From an uncultured delta proteobacterium (lineage in GTDB: Bacteria; Desulfobacterota; Binatia; Binatales; Binataceae): a stretch of DNA of 64,000 nt. Location: NCBI GenBank assembly GCA_963711565.1, contig CAVQEQ010000002.1, positions 96,001 through 160,000 of the forward strand, given 5' to 3'. A model generated the notes under the pieces. That model worked only from the letters and a program-made list of their open reading frames with translations, did not search any database and had not been told where the DNA came from. Positions 18,472 through 28,831 of the stretch are shown piece after piece. Made by a program: the position numbers and the translations under genes. The stretch's first letter is position 1, and each line of letters opens with the position of its first letter.

Positions 18472-20198
18472 ATGCTATCCAATTCGATTACTCAGCTCGC
18501 CGTCTATTTCATCCTGGTAACGGCGGTAAGCGTGCCGCTCGGCCTCTACATGGCGCGAGTGTTCTCGAATGAGCGCACCTTCCTCGATCCCGTGCTCTCG
18601 CCAATCGAGCGGCTGATCTACAGGATCTGCGGGATAAACCCCGGAGTCGAAATGGGCTGGGCTGGCTACGCGATATCGATGCTGGCGTTCAGCTTGATCT
18701 CGATGATCTTCCTGTACGCGCTGCAGCGGCTCCAGTATTACCTGCCGCTGAATCCGCAGGGGCTCGCCGGGGTGCCGCCGGGACTGGCGTTCAACACGGC
18801 AGCCAGCTTCACCACCAACACCAACTGGCAGGCCTACTCGGGCGAGCAGACGCTGAGCTACCTGACGCAGATGGTCGGGCTGACGTCGCACAATTTTCTG
18901 TCGGCGGCGGCCGGAATCGCGATGGCAGTGGCGGTGATTCGCGGGTTCGCGCGCCGCAGCTCCAAGACAATCGGCAACTTCTGGGTCGATCTCACGCGCA
19001 CGACGCTGTGGGTGCTGCTGCCGCTGTCACTCGTCTTCGCGCTCGTCCTCGTTTGGCAGGGCGTGCCGGACAACTTCAGCCCGTACGTAAATGCGACGAC
19101 GCTCGAGGGCACTTCGCAATCGATCGCCGAGGGCCCCGTCGCGTCCCAGGAAATAATCAAGGAGCTTGGCACCAACGGCGGCGGCTTCATGAACGCCAAC
19201 TCGGCGCATCCGTATGAGAATCCGACGCCGTTGACGAACTTGCTCGAGATGCTCGCGATCTTTTCGATCGGCGCGGGTCTGACGCACACCTTCGGCAAGA
19301 TGGTGGGCGATCGCAAACAGGGGTGGGCGCTGTTCTCGGTAATGGCGATTCTGTTTCTCGCCGCGCCGCGCCCGCAATCTGGGCAGAGCAACACGGCAAT
19401 CCGCAATTCACCAGGATGGGAATCGATCAGCATGCCTCCGCCACGCAAAGCGGCGGCAACATGGAGGGCAAGGAGACGCGTTTCGGAATCGTCGAGTCCG
19501 CGCTGTGGGCGACTGCCACCACCGACACCTCGTGCGGCGCCGTCAACTCGATGCACGACAGCTATACGCCGCTGGGCGGGTTGGTGCCGATGGTCAATAT
19601 GCAGCTCGGCGAGGTGATCTTCGGCGGCGTCGGCTCGGGCCTGTACGGAATCATCGTGATGGCGGTGCTCGCGGTGTTCATCGCGGGCCTGATGGTGGGG
19701 CGGACGCCCGAGTACCTCGGCAAAAAAATCGAAGCGAGAGAGATGAAACTTGCGATGCTCTACGTGCTGATCTTCCCGACGGTCATTCTGATACCGACCG
19801 CGCTCGCGACGGTCTTGCCCGCGGGCTTGTCGAGCATGTCGAATCCGGGACCGCACGGCTTCTCGCAAATTCTGTACGCATACACCGAAGCGGGCGCGAA
19901 CAACGGTTCAGCCTTCGCCGGTCTGAACGCCAACACCGCTTTCTACAACGTGACGATCGCGATCGTGATGCTGCTCGGCAGGTTCATGATGGCGATCCCC
20001 GCGTTGGCAATTGCCGGATCGGTCGCGGGCAAGAAATCGACCGCCGCCAGCGCCGGGACGTTCCCGACCGACGGCATCCCGTTCGTGTTCCTGCTGATTG
20101 GCGTGATCATAATCGTCGGCGCGCTGACCTTCTTTTGCGCCGACGCGCTCGGACCAATCGTCGAGCAACTGCTGATGATGTCCGGGAAACTTTTCTAG
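18472..20198 (+). CDS. kdpA: K+-transporting ATPase subunit A, frameshifted near 19363 (assembly error or pseudogene)
   Basis: [11 protein letters not shown] and LGTNGGG in ORF 18472..19617; [21 protein letters not shown] and NNGSAFAG in ORF 19323..20198; one added base joins them. Confidence 0.92.
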
Positions 20199-20214
20199 GT
20201 TTGGTGTCTCAACC

Positions 20215-22263
20215 ATGAGTGATCGCAAGGCTCCCGCACTTTGGAATCGCGAAATCGTCTCGCGCGCGTCGATCGACTCGTTCGTCAAGCTCGACCCGCG
20301 ACTGATGATCAAGAATCCGGTGATGTTCGTGGTCGAGGTCACCAGCGTACTGGTCATGTTCACGCTGTTTCGCGACCTGCTGGATCACAAGATGGCGCTG
20401 GCCGGATTCGAATTTCAAATCGCGCTGTGGCTGTGGTTCACCGTGCTGTTCGCAAACTTTGCTGAGGCGATGGCGGAAGGACGCGGCAAGGCGCAGGCGG
20501 ATAATCTGCGCAGGACGCGCACCGAAACTCAGGCGAAGTTGATCACCGCCAGCGGTGAGACGAAACTGGTGCCGGCCGCGCAACTGCGGCGCGACGACGT
20601 GGTCATGGTCGCCGCGGGCGACGTCATTCCCGGCGACGGCGAAATTATCGAGGGCATCGCGGCAGTCAACGAGGCCGCAATCACCGGCGAATCGGCGCCT
20701 GTCATTCGCGAGAGCGGCGGCGATCGCAGCGGCGTCACCGGCGGGACTACGGTGATCTCGGACTGGATCAAGGTGAAGATCACCGCCAACCCCGGCGAAA
20801 CCTTCCTCGATCGCATGATAGCGCTGGTCGAAGGCGCGCATCGCCAGAAAACGCCCAACGAGATCGCGCTCAGCATCCTGCTCTCCGGCTTGACGATCGT
20901 CTTCCTGCTCGTGGTGGTCACGCTCTACCCGTTCGGGCTGTATGGCGGGACGAAGCTCGCGCTGCCGGTGCTGGTGGCGCTGCTGGTATGCCTGATTCCG
21001 ACGACCATCGGCGGATTGCTCTCCGCGATTGGGATCGCCGGGATGGATCGCCTGGTGCAGCACAACGTGCTCGCGATGTCGGGGCGCTCGGTTGAGGCGG
21101 CCGGCGACGTCGATACGTTGCTGCTCGACAAGACCGGAACTATCACGCTCGGGAACCGGATGGCGGCGGAGTTCATCCCGGTGAATGGCGTCGAGATACG
21201 CGAACTCGCCGAGGCAGCACAGTTCGCATCGCTGGCGGACGAGACTCCCGAGGGTCGCTCGATCGTGGTGCTGGCCAAACGCGATTTCGACCTGCGGGCG
21301 CGCGAACTCGGCAGCGGCGACGATGGCGCTACCTTTATACCGTTCTCCGCGCAGACGAGGATGAGCGGCGTTGACATCGGCGGGCGTCGAATCCGCAAAG
21401 GGGCCGCTGAGCAGGTCGCAAATTTCGTCAGAGAAAATCACGGCACGCCGCCGACTGACCTGAAGGAAATCGTCGAGCGCATCGCGCGCAGCGGTGGAAC
21501 TCCGCTGGTCGTCGCGGACGAGTCGAAGGCGCTCGGCGTGATCTATCTGAAAGACGTGGTCAAGGAAGGAATCCACGAACGCTTCGAGCGCCTGCGCGCC
21601 ATGGGTTTGCGCACGGTCATGATTACCGGCGACAACCCGCTGACCGCGGCGGCGATCGCCAAGGAATCGGGCGTCAACGACTTCCTGGCCGAGGCCACGC
21701 CCGAAACCAAGCTGCGCCTGATTCGCGAGGAACAGAACCAGGGCAAGCTGGTCGCCATGATCGGCGACGGCACCAACGACGCACCCGCGCTGGCGCAGGC
21801 CGACGTCGGGATCGCGATGAACGCAGGCACGCAGGCCGCGCGCGAGGCTGGCAACATGATCGACCTCGACTCGAATCCGACCAAGGTCATGGAGGTCGTC
21901 GAGATAGGCAAACAGCTTCTGATGACGCGCGGCGCGCTGACGACGTTCTCGATTGCCAACGACGTCGCCAAGTATTTCGCGATCATCCCGGCGCTGTTCA
22001 TCGTCGAGTACCCCGAGCTGCAGCGACTCAACGTGATGCACCTGGCGACGCCGCAGAGCGCGATTCTGTCGGCGGTAATCTTCAACGCGCTGATCATTAT
22101 TGCGCTGATTCCGCTGGCGCTGCGCGGCGTGCAGTACCGTCCGGTGGGCGCGGCCGCGATTCTGACCCGTAATCTTATAATCTACGGCTTCGGCGGCGTG
22201 ATAATTCCGTTCATCGGCATCAAGGCCATCGACATCATGGTCGCCGCGCTGCATCTCGCCTGA
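20215..22263 (+). CDS. kdpB: K+-transporting P-type ATPase subunit B
   Basis: [25 protein letters not shown]. Confidence 0.98.
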   Translation: MSDRKAPALWNREIVSRASIDSFVKLDPRLMIKNPVMFVVEVTSVLVMFTLFRDLLDHKMALAGFEFQIALWLWFTVLFANFAEAMAEGRGKAQADNLRRTRTETQAKLITASGETKLVPAAQLRRDDVVMVAAGDVIPGDGEIIEGIAAVNEAAITGESAPVIRESGGDRSGVTGGTTVISDWIKVKITANPGETFLDRMIALVEGAHRQKTPNEIALSILLSGLTIVFLLVVVTLYPFGLYGGTKLALPVLVALLVCLIPTTIGGLLSAIGIAGMDRLVQHNVLAMSGRSVEAAGDVDTLLLDKTGTITLGNRMAAEFIPVNGVEIRELAEAAQFASLADETPEGRSIVVLAKRDFDLRARELGSGDDGATFIPFSAQTRMSGVDIGGRRIRKGAAEQVANFVRENHGTPPTDLKEIVERIARSGGTPLVVADESKALGVIYLKDVVKEGIHERFERLRAMGLRTVMITGDNPLTAAAIAKESGVNDFLAEATPETKLRLIREEQNQGKLVAMIGDGTNDAPALAQADVGIAMNAGTQAAREAGNMIDLDSNPTKVMEVVEIGKQLLMTRGALTTFSIANDVAKYFAIIPALFIVEYPELQRLNVMHLATPQSAILSAVIFNALIIIALIPLALRGVQYRPVGAAAILTRNLIIYGFGGVIIPFIGIKAIDIMVAALHLA

Positions 22264-22273
22264 GGTTATTTCA

Positions 22274-22897
22274 GTGAAGACGTTTACAACTGCTCTGATT
22301 GCGACGGCGGTGCTCACCGTGCTGACGGGCATCATTTATCCGATTGCGGTCTGGGGCATCGCGCAGGTGATTTTTCCAAGCCAGGCCGGCGGCAGCATTG
22401 TCGTGGCGGGCAACAAGGTCGTCGGCTCGAGTCTCATCGGGCAGAATTTTTCGACGCCGCGATATTTTCAGAGCCGGCCTTCCGCCGCCGGTGACAAGGG
22501 CTATGCGGCCGACAACTCGGGCGGATCGAATCTCGGCCCGACCAACAAGGCGCTGATCGACGCGGTAAAATTGCGGCTGAAGAACATCATCGAGAGCAAT
22601 CCCGGCATCGACCCGCACCAGGTCCCAATTGACCTGGTGACTGCTTCAGGCAGCGGGCTCGATCCCGAGATCAGCCCGGCCGCCGCCGACCTGCAGGTGG
22701 CGCGTGTTGCTCATGCGCGCGGTCTGAGCGAAGATCAGGTGCGGCAGTTGATCGCTGGAAACACGCGGCCGCGATCGGCTGGAATCTTCGGCGAGCCGGG
22801 CGTAAACGTCCTGCTGCTGAACCTGGCCCTCGATCGCGCCGCGGAAAGTCACAATGCTCGCGCCGCTGGAAGTCATGGCGGAACGCCCGGGACTTGA
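22274..22897 (+). CDS. kdpC: K+-transporting ATPase subunit C
   Basis: GSSLIGQNF, SGGSNLGP, DLVTASGSGLDPEIS, VNVLLLNLALD. Confidence 0.97.
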   Translation: MKTFTTALIATAVLTVLTGIIYPIAVWGIAQVIFPSQAGGSIVVAGNKVVGSSLIGQNFSTPRYFQSRPSAAGDKGYAADNSGGSNLGPTNKALIDAVKLRLKNIIESNPGIDPHQVPIDLVTASGSGLDPEISPAAADLQVARVAHARGLSEDQVRQLIAGNTRPRSAGIFGEPGVNVLLLNLALDRAAESHNARAAGSHGGTPGT

Positions 22898-24058
22898 ATG
22901 AGCGATGACAAACGACTCGAGCCCGAAGCTTTTCTCGATCTTGCGCCGGAACCTCAACGGGGACGACTCAAAGTTTATATCGGCGCCGCCGCGGGCGTAG
23001 GCAAGACATACCGGATGCTCGAGGAGGCGCATCAACTCCGCGATCGGGGAGTGGATGTCGTGCTGGGTTTCGTCGAAACGCATCATCGCCGGGAGACCGA
23101 GGAACGGATCGGCGACCTCGAGCTCGTTCCGCGCCGCAAGATCAAATACCGCAACGTCGAGCTCGAAGAGATGGACGTCGACGCGATCATCGCGCGCAAG
23201 CCTGACGCGGTGATCGTCGACGAACTCGCGCATACCAACGCACCCGGCTCGCGCCATACCAAGCGCTACCAGGATGTCGAGGAGATCGTCGGCACCGGCA
23301 TCAACGTGATTACCGCGATCAACATCCAGCACGTCGAGAGCCTGAACGCGTTGATGAGACGCGTCACCGGCATCGACGTGCGCGAGACGGTGCCCGATTC
23401 GTTGCTTGCCCGCGCCGATCAAATCGTGAATATCGACGTGCCGGTCGAGGCGCTGCGCGAACGCCTGCGCGAGGGCAAGATTTATCCGCGCGAGCAGATC
23501 GAAAACGCGCTCAAGAATTTTTTCAAGCCGAGCAATCTAGCGTCGCTGCGTGAGCTGGCACTGCGCGAGGTCGCGCGCAGTCTTGACCGCCAGCGCCTGG
23601 ACCGCGAGTCGATCAAGCGCGAGGGCGGCCACCGCGCGAACGTGATCGAGCGCATCATGGTCGGACTGTCGTCGAACGCAGCGGACACCGGACAGTTGCT
23701 GCGCAAGGCCTCGCGCATCGCCGGGCAGCTCAACGCCGAATGGTTCGCCGTGCACATCGAGACGCCCAACGAATCGGTGAAGAATATCGGCACCAGCGAT
23801 TTCGTCGCGCTGCTCGACAACATCAACGTGGCCAGCGACCTTGGCGCCGAAACCGTGTGGCTCAAGTCCGACGACGTGGTCAAGGCGCTGATCGACTTTG
23901 CGCATGACAAGGGCGTGTCGAAGGTAATCGTCGGCCGGACGCATCAACCGCGATGGCGCCGGTGGCTCAAGGGCGACGTGCCGGCGCGGCTGGTGGCGGA
24001 CGCAACCGATCTCGATGTGGAAATTGTCGCGACCGACGAACGGGAGGACTCGCGATGA
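22898..24058 (+). CDS. kdpD: Stand-alone KdpD N-terminal sensor plus Usp domain (no TM or kinase part)
   Basis: GAAAGVGKTY, VDELAHTN, NIQHVESLN, then Usp-like domain; ends at 386 aa. Confidence 0.9.
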   Translation: MSDDKRLEPEAFLDLAPEPQRGRLKVYIGAAAGVGKTYRMLEEAHQLRDRGVDVVLGFVETHHRRETEERIGDLELVPRRKIKYRNVELEEMDVDAIIARKPDAVIVDELAHTNAPGSRHTKRYQDVEEIVGTGINVITAINIQHVESLNALMRRVTGIDVRETVPDSLLARADQIVNIDVPVEALRERLREGKIYPREQIENALKNFFKPSNLASLRELALREVARSLDRQRLDRESIKREGGHRANVIERIMVGLSSNAADTGQLLRKASRIAGQLNAEWFAVHIETPNESVKNIGTSDFVALLDNINVASDLGAETVWLKSDDVVKALIDFAHDKGVSKVIVGRTHQPRWRRWLKGDVPARLVADATDLDVEIVATDEREDSR

Positions 24059-25845
24059 ACGCACCCTCGATGCAACGCCAGATCCGCAACGGCACCCTGC
24101 TGATGCTGGCGTTGGTCGTGCTGCTCGGGCTCTACACGCTGCCGCGGGTTTACGCGCTGGGCGGCGCGATCCGCGCGACCCTCTACCGCAACTACGTCAG
24201 TATCGAGGCCGCGCAGAACATGCACGCGGCGCTCAACACGCTGCAGGTGGCCGAGCACGACGGCAAAGCGAAGGATGTTCTGCCCGGCGCGCGGCATAAT
24301 TTTCTGCAGTGGAACAACGTCGAGAATCACGACTTCACTGAAGTTGGCGAGCCTGAACTCGCCGCCGATATCACTCGCCGCGCCGACAAATTGTTCGCCA
24401 ACGTCGCCGCGGCGCCGCCCGGCACGTATCATGATCGCGAATTTGCCGAGTTACATGGCCGCCTCGACGACCTGATCGCGATGAACAAGGCCGCGATGTT
24501 CCGCGCGGACAGCCGCTCGGTACAACTGGGCAGGCATCTAGCCTACGAATTCGCCGGCGGTCTCGCGCTGGTGCTGCTGGTGGGCGCCGCCGTGTCGTGG
24601 GGGCTAGGATGGCGGCTCTCAAAGCCATTGATCGAGCTCACCGAGCGCCTGCGCGGAATCAGCCAGCGCAAATCGCAGGTGCGATTAGGCCCGCAGCCGC
24701 TGGCCGAGCTCGAGGCGGTTGCGCGCGAATTCAACCAGATGGCCGAGCGCCTGGAGCAGTACGACAAGCTCAACGTCGAGCGCCTGGTTTACGAAAAGAG
24801 CAAGACCGAGGCGATCATCGAGAGCCTCGAAGACGGCGTGGTGCTGATCGACAGCGATGGAATCGTCGCGCACATCAATGAGATCGCGTCGCTGATCCTC
24901 GGTGTCGATCTGCAGGACGCGCTCGGCAGTCCGTTCGACGACCTCAGCAGCAACCATCCTCACTATCTCCGCGTTCGCGACGCGCTGCGCACGCTGCAGA
25001 AGGCCGGCGCTGACGGTCATCGCACCGAGATCGATCTTCACGTTCGCGGCCGCGATCATTCCTACGTACTGAAGCCCGTGCCGCTTCATCACACCGTCGG
25101 CAAGTCGCTGGGCACGCTGCTGATTCTGCAGGACGTGACGTACATCCGCGATCAGGATCGCGCCCGCACCAACCTGGTCGCGACGTTGTCGCACGAGCTC
25201 AGGACCCCGCTCACCTCGCTTGCGTTGTCAGCGGAGCTGCTGAACCGCGAGAATACGCCCGACGTGAATGCGAAGAGCGGCGAACTGCTGCAGGTGATCC
25301 TCGAAGAATGCTCGCGGATGCGCCAACTGACCGACAATCTGCTCAACCTCGCGCGCGGCGAGATCCCCGCGATCACAGTCCAGCAGAAGCGTCTCGATCT
25401 CGCGCGGCTCGCTGCCGACGTGACCCGGCGCTTCGCGATCCAGGCGCGCGAGAAGCACGTCAACATCGAAGAGCATATCGGCTCGGTGCCGGAGATTATC
25501 GGCGACCCGGTCAAGCTCTCGTGGGTGATTTCCAATCTGCTCGGCAACGCGCTGCGCTACACTCCCGCCGGCGGGATGATCACGGTCACGGCGCGCGCCA
25601 CCGAGCAGGCGACGCGGCTGGAGGTCACCGACTCGGGCCCCGGGATTCCAGCCGACATGAAGGACTATATCTTCGAGCGGTTCGTGCAGTATGGTTCCGA
25701 CGGCTTCGAGAAAGGCTCGGCTGGGCTGGGCCTGTCGATCGTCAAGGAAATCGTCGAGGCGCACGGCGGCAGGATTTTCGTCGAGAACGCTAATTCTCAC
25801 GGCGCCCGATTCATCGTCGAAATTCCCGCCGCGCAGGAGATTTGA
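24055..25845 (+). CDS. Membrane HAMP-PAS sensor histidine kinase
   Basis: Two TM segments, HAMP, PAS-like region, SHELRTPL, NLLGNALRY, DSGPGI, GLGLSI. Confidence 0.93.
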   Translation: MNAPSMQRQIRNGTLLMLALVVLLGLYTLPRVYALGGAIRATLYRNYVSIEAAQNMHAALNTLQVAEHDGKAKDVLPGARHNFLQWNNVENHDFTEVGEPELAADITRRADKLFANVAAAPPGTYHDREFAELHGRLDDLIAMNKAAMFRADSRSVQLGRHLAYEFAGGLALVLLVGAAVSWGLGWRLSKPLIELTERLRGISQRKSQVRLGPQPLAELEAVAREFNQMAERLEQYDKLNVERLVYEKSKTEAIIESLEDGVVLIDSDGIVAHINEIASLILGVDLQDALGSPFDDLSSNHPHYLRVRDALRTLQKAGADGHRTEIDLHVRGRDHSYVLKPVPLHHTVGKSLGTLLILQDVTYIRDQDRARTNLVATLSHELRTPLTSLALSAELLNRENTPDVNAKSGELLQVILEECSRMRQLTDNLLNLARGEIPAITVQQKRLDLARLAADVTRRFAIQAREKHVNIEEHIGSVPEIIGDPVKLSWVISNLLGNALRYTPAGGMITVTARATEQATRLEVTDSGPGIPADMKDYIFERFVQYGSDGFEKGSAGLGLSIVKEIVEAHGGRIFVENANSHGARFIVEIPAAQEI

Positions 25846-27176
25846 TGGCCAAGCTGCTCATTGTCGATGACGAGCGCAATATCCGGCGCAGCCTCACCAC
25901 GTTTTTCGAGTCGCTCGGCCACGAGGTCCGCGCCGCCGAGAACGGCACGCAGGCCGTCGCGCTCCTTGCCGAAACGGTGTTCGACCTCATCCTGACCGAC
26001 TACAAGATGGCCGAGATGAGCGGGCTCGAACTGCTGCGCGAAATCAAGCGGCGTGCGCCCGAATGCCTCGTAATCCTGATGACCGCGTACGCGACCGTCG
26101 AAAATGCGGTCGAGGCGATGAAGTCCGGCGCTTACGACTACGTCACCAAGCCGTTCTCGCTCGAGCAGATTCAGCACACCGTCGATCGCGCGCTACACGT
26201 CGGTCTGCTGACGGCGGAGAATCGCGCGTTGCGCATCGCCATCGACGAGGAGCCGCTACTCGACTCGAAGAGCCCCGCGATGCAACGGCTGCTCGAAACC
26301 GCGCGCCAGGCCGCCGCCAGCGACGCAACTATTTTGCTCACGGGAGAGAGCGGAACCGGCAAGAACGTCATCGCGCGGCAGATTCATCGATGGAGCCGCC
26401 GGCAGAGCAAGCCGTTCGTCGTCGTCAATTGCACCACGCTGTCGGAGGAACTGCTCGAGAGCGAGTTGTTCGGGCACATGCGCGGCGCCTTCACCGGCGC
26501 GGTCAAGGACAAGCCGGGCCGGCTCGAGGCGGCCAACGGCGGCACCGTTTTCCTCGACGAGATTGCCGACTTGACGCCGACTCTCCAGACCAAGTTTCTG
26601 CGCTTCCTGCAGGATCAGAACTTCGAGCGCGTCGGCGGCGAGCGTACGATTCACGTCAACGCGCGAATAATCGCCGCGTCGAATCGCGACCTCGAGTCCG
26701 AAGTCACCGCGCATCACTTTCGCGAGGACCTCTACTACCGCCTCAACGTCATCACCCTGCGCGTCCCGCCCCTGCGCGAACGCCGCGAAGACATTCTGCC
26801 GCTCGCAAATTGGCTGCTGAACATCGCCGCCATCCGCAACTCGCACCCCGGCCTCGCGCTGTCACCCGGAGCAACGTCGGCACTGGCGCGCTATCGATGG
26901 CCCGGAAACGTGCGCGAACTTCGCAACGCGATCGAACGCGGCACCGTGCTGATGCGCGGCGCGACCATCGCTCCCGAGGACCTGCCTGACTCTCTTTTCC
27001 ATGACTCAACCGAGGCGCTGGCCGGCATCCCCAACGCCGCCAGCCTCGATGACGTCGAGCGCGAGCACATCGCGCGTGTGCTCGCCGCCAGCGCCACGCT
27101 GGAGGAAGCCGCCGAAACCCTCGGCATCAACGTGACAACCCTATGGCGCAAGCGCCGCCGCTACGGAATCGAATAG
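25845..27176 (+). CDS. Sigma54-dependent NtrC/AtoC-family response regulator
   Basis: Receiver domain, GESGTGK, ESELFGH..GAFTGA, WPGNVREL, Fis-type HTH. Confidence 0.96.
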   Translation: MAKLLIVDDERNIRRSLTTFFESLGHEVRAAENGTQAVALLAETVFDLILTDYKMAEMSGLELLREIKRRAPECLVILMTAYATVENAVEAMKSGAYDYVTKPFSLEQIQHTVDRALHVGLLTAENRALRIAIDEEPLLDSKSPAMQRLLETARQAAASDATILLTGESGTGKNVIARQIHRWSRRQSKPFVVVNCTTLSEELLESELFGHMRGAFTGAVKDKPGRLEAANGGTVFLDEIADLTPTLQTKFLRFLQDQNFERVGGERTIHVNARIIAASNRDLESEVTAHHFREDLYYRLNVITLRVPPLRERREDILPLANWLLNIAAIRNSHPGLALSPGATSALARYRWPGNVRELRNAIERGTVLMRGATIAPEDLPDSLFHDSTEALAGIPNAASLDDVEREHIARVLAASATLEEAAETLGINVTTLWRKRRRYGIE

Positions 27177-27242
27177 CCACTCCAATAGCCACTTGCAAGA
27201 AACTCAAATAGTTAGTCCAATAGCAAGTCGCGGACAGATTCC

Positions 27243-27312
27243 TACCTCGCCCGTTACTTTACGGGAGAGGCGGCCGGCCGCAACGCGGCCGGCGGTGAGG
27301 GTTCCGCGATTC
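27243..27312 (-). repeat. About 70-bp palindromic intergenic repeat, copy 2 (inverted)
   Basis: Reverse complement aligns to 9725-9796. Confidence 0.85.
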
Positions 27313-27344
27313 GAGCAGAATCCCGAACCGATCGAGGCGTCTTA

Positions 27345-27863
27345 TCAATCCAACCCCTCAGCAAACTCCCTCAACCTCTCGAACCAAATCAACTTGTGCT
27401 TGAATCCCGGATAGCTCGCATTCAATCCGCTGGGATTCGGCAACACGAAGATCCGCGCACCAAAGATCTCCTCTTCCTTGGCGCCGGCACCCTCTCCCGC
27501 TACCACTCCGAAAAATCGGCGGTAGATACTCACGCCGACGAACGCGACCACCCGCGGCCGCACTCGCCGAATCTTGCGCGCGAGCACTTTCTGCCCCGCG
27601 ATCATCTCGGCTGTGCTCAGCTCCGACGCCGCCCGCGTCGCCCGTGAGCACAAATTGGTCAACGCCAAATCAAACTCCACCAGCCGTCCGTCGTCTTCGC
27701 ACTTGAGTTCCACCGGCACCAGGCGCGCCGCATGGAGCAGCCGCCAGAACGGATTGCCGGGACTCGCAAAATGATGCCCCATCTGCTCGGAGCGAATACT
27801 CGGATTGATCCCGACGAACAAAATCCGCGGCCGCGGTTTGAGGATGTCGCGTAGCTTTGCCAT
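27345..27863 (-). CDS. mug: G/U mismatch-specific DNA glycosylase
   Basis: ILFVGINPS, HHFASPGNPFW, LPNPSGLNA. Confidence 0.9.
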   Translation of the reverse strand: MAKLRDILKPRPRILFVGINPSIRSEQMGHHFASPGNPFWRLLHAARLVPVELKCEDDGRLVEFDLALTNLCSRATRAASELSTAEMIAGQKVLARKIRRVRPRVVAFVGVSIYRRFFGVVAGEGAGAKEEEIFGARIFVLPNPSGLNASYPGFKHKLIWFERLREFAEGLD

Positions 27864-27956
27864 CCGCCGCATATTGGCATCTTCGCCATATTCGCGCTTG
27901 ACCCGTCGCGCCCGCTGCCGTAGCAAAGTGGAAGGATCTCAGGAGTACTTCCCGCC

Positions 27957-28814
27957 ATGACGACACCAAGCACAGAAAGCACAGCCGCTCTCGGCCCCGA
28001 TTACGTAACCGGCGTCCTCAACTATCTCGCCGACCGAGATCAGCATCCGGTAAGCTACAACTTCAAACCGCCTCCGGGCGTCCCTGCGCGGACGGGAACC
28101 TACGCCAAATTCACCGTGCCGATTCACAGCGCCCGCGCGATCCTTGGGCAGCTCTCGCTCAACGTCCAGGGCTTTGCAGTGACGCGTCAGAACACCGCGG
28201 TCGAAAATTTCTACGACGCCGACGAAGTTCACCGGATCTACTATCCCGAGGTCGAGCGGATGGTCCGGGAATTTACTGGCGCGGTCAAAGTGCACGTGTT
28301 CGACCATAACGTCCGCTCCCGCCCGATGGCGAAGCGCCGCGAGAATGGCGCGCAGGAGCCGGTCAAGGTCGCGCACAATGACTACACGCTCAAGTCCGGA
28401 CCGCAGCGCGTGCGCGATCTGATGGGGAACGAAGCCGAGGCGCTGCTCAAGAATCGTTTCGCGGTAATCAACGTATGGCGCCCGATTCGCGGACCGGTGC
28501 AGGAATCTCCGCTCGCGGTGTGCGACGCGCGAAGCATGGTGCAGGACGACTTCGTCAAGCACGTGCTCAAGTACCGCGATCGCGACGGCGAAGTGTACTC
28601 AGTCGCGTACAACCCGAATCATCGATGGTACTACGTTCCGAATCAGGAAAAGGAAGAAGTACTATTGCTCAAGTGCTACGACTCTGACGGACGCCGCGCG
28701 CGATTCACCGCGCACTCCGCCTTCGAGGATCCCACGAGCCCGCCCGACGCGGCGCCGCGTGAAAGCGTCGAGGTGCGGACTCTGGTCTTCTTCGCGCCCG
28801 ACGCCACAGCCTGA
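27957..28814 (+). CDS. CmcJ/NvfI family oxidoreductase
   Basis: FDHNVR, AHNDYT, INVWRPI, PLAVCD, TAHSAF, PRESVEVR. Confidence 0.88.
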   Translation: MTTPSTESTAALGPDYVTGVLNYLADRDQHPVSYNFKPPPGVPARTGTYAKFTVPIHSARAILGQLSLNVQGFAVTRQNTAVENFYDADEVHRIYYPEVERMVREFTGAVKVHVFDHNVRSRPMAKRRENGAQEPVKVAHNDYTLKSGPQRVRDLMGNEAEALLKNRFAVINVWRPIRGPVQESPLAVCDARSMVQDDFVKHVLKYRDRDGEVYSVAYNPNHRWYYVPNQEKEEVLLLKCYDSDGRRARFTAHSAFEDPTSPPDAAPRESVEVRTLVFFAPDATA

Positions 28815-28831
28815 CAACGAAAGGACCCATC

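Noticed and set aside
19323-19617. Programmed frameshift or naturally split kdpA
   Set aside because: No slippery site or stimulatory structure seen; a single-base indel is the simpler explanation
20209-22335. 708-aa minus-strand ORF
   Set aside because: Antisense shadow of kdpB, expected from GC-rich codon bias; no recognisable motifs
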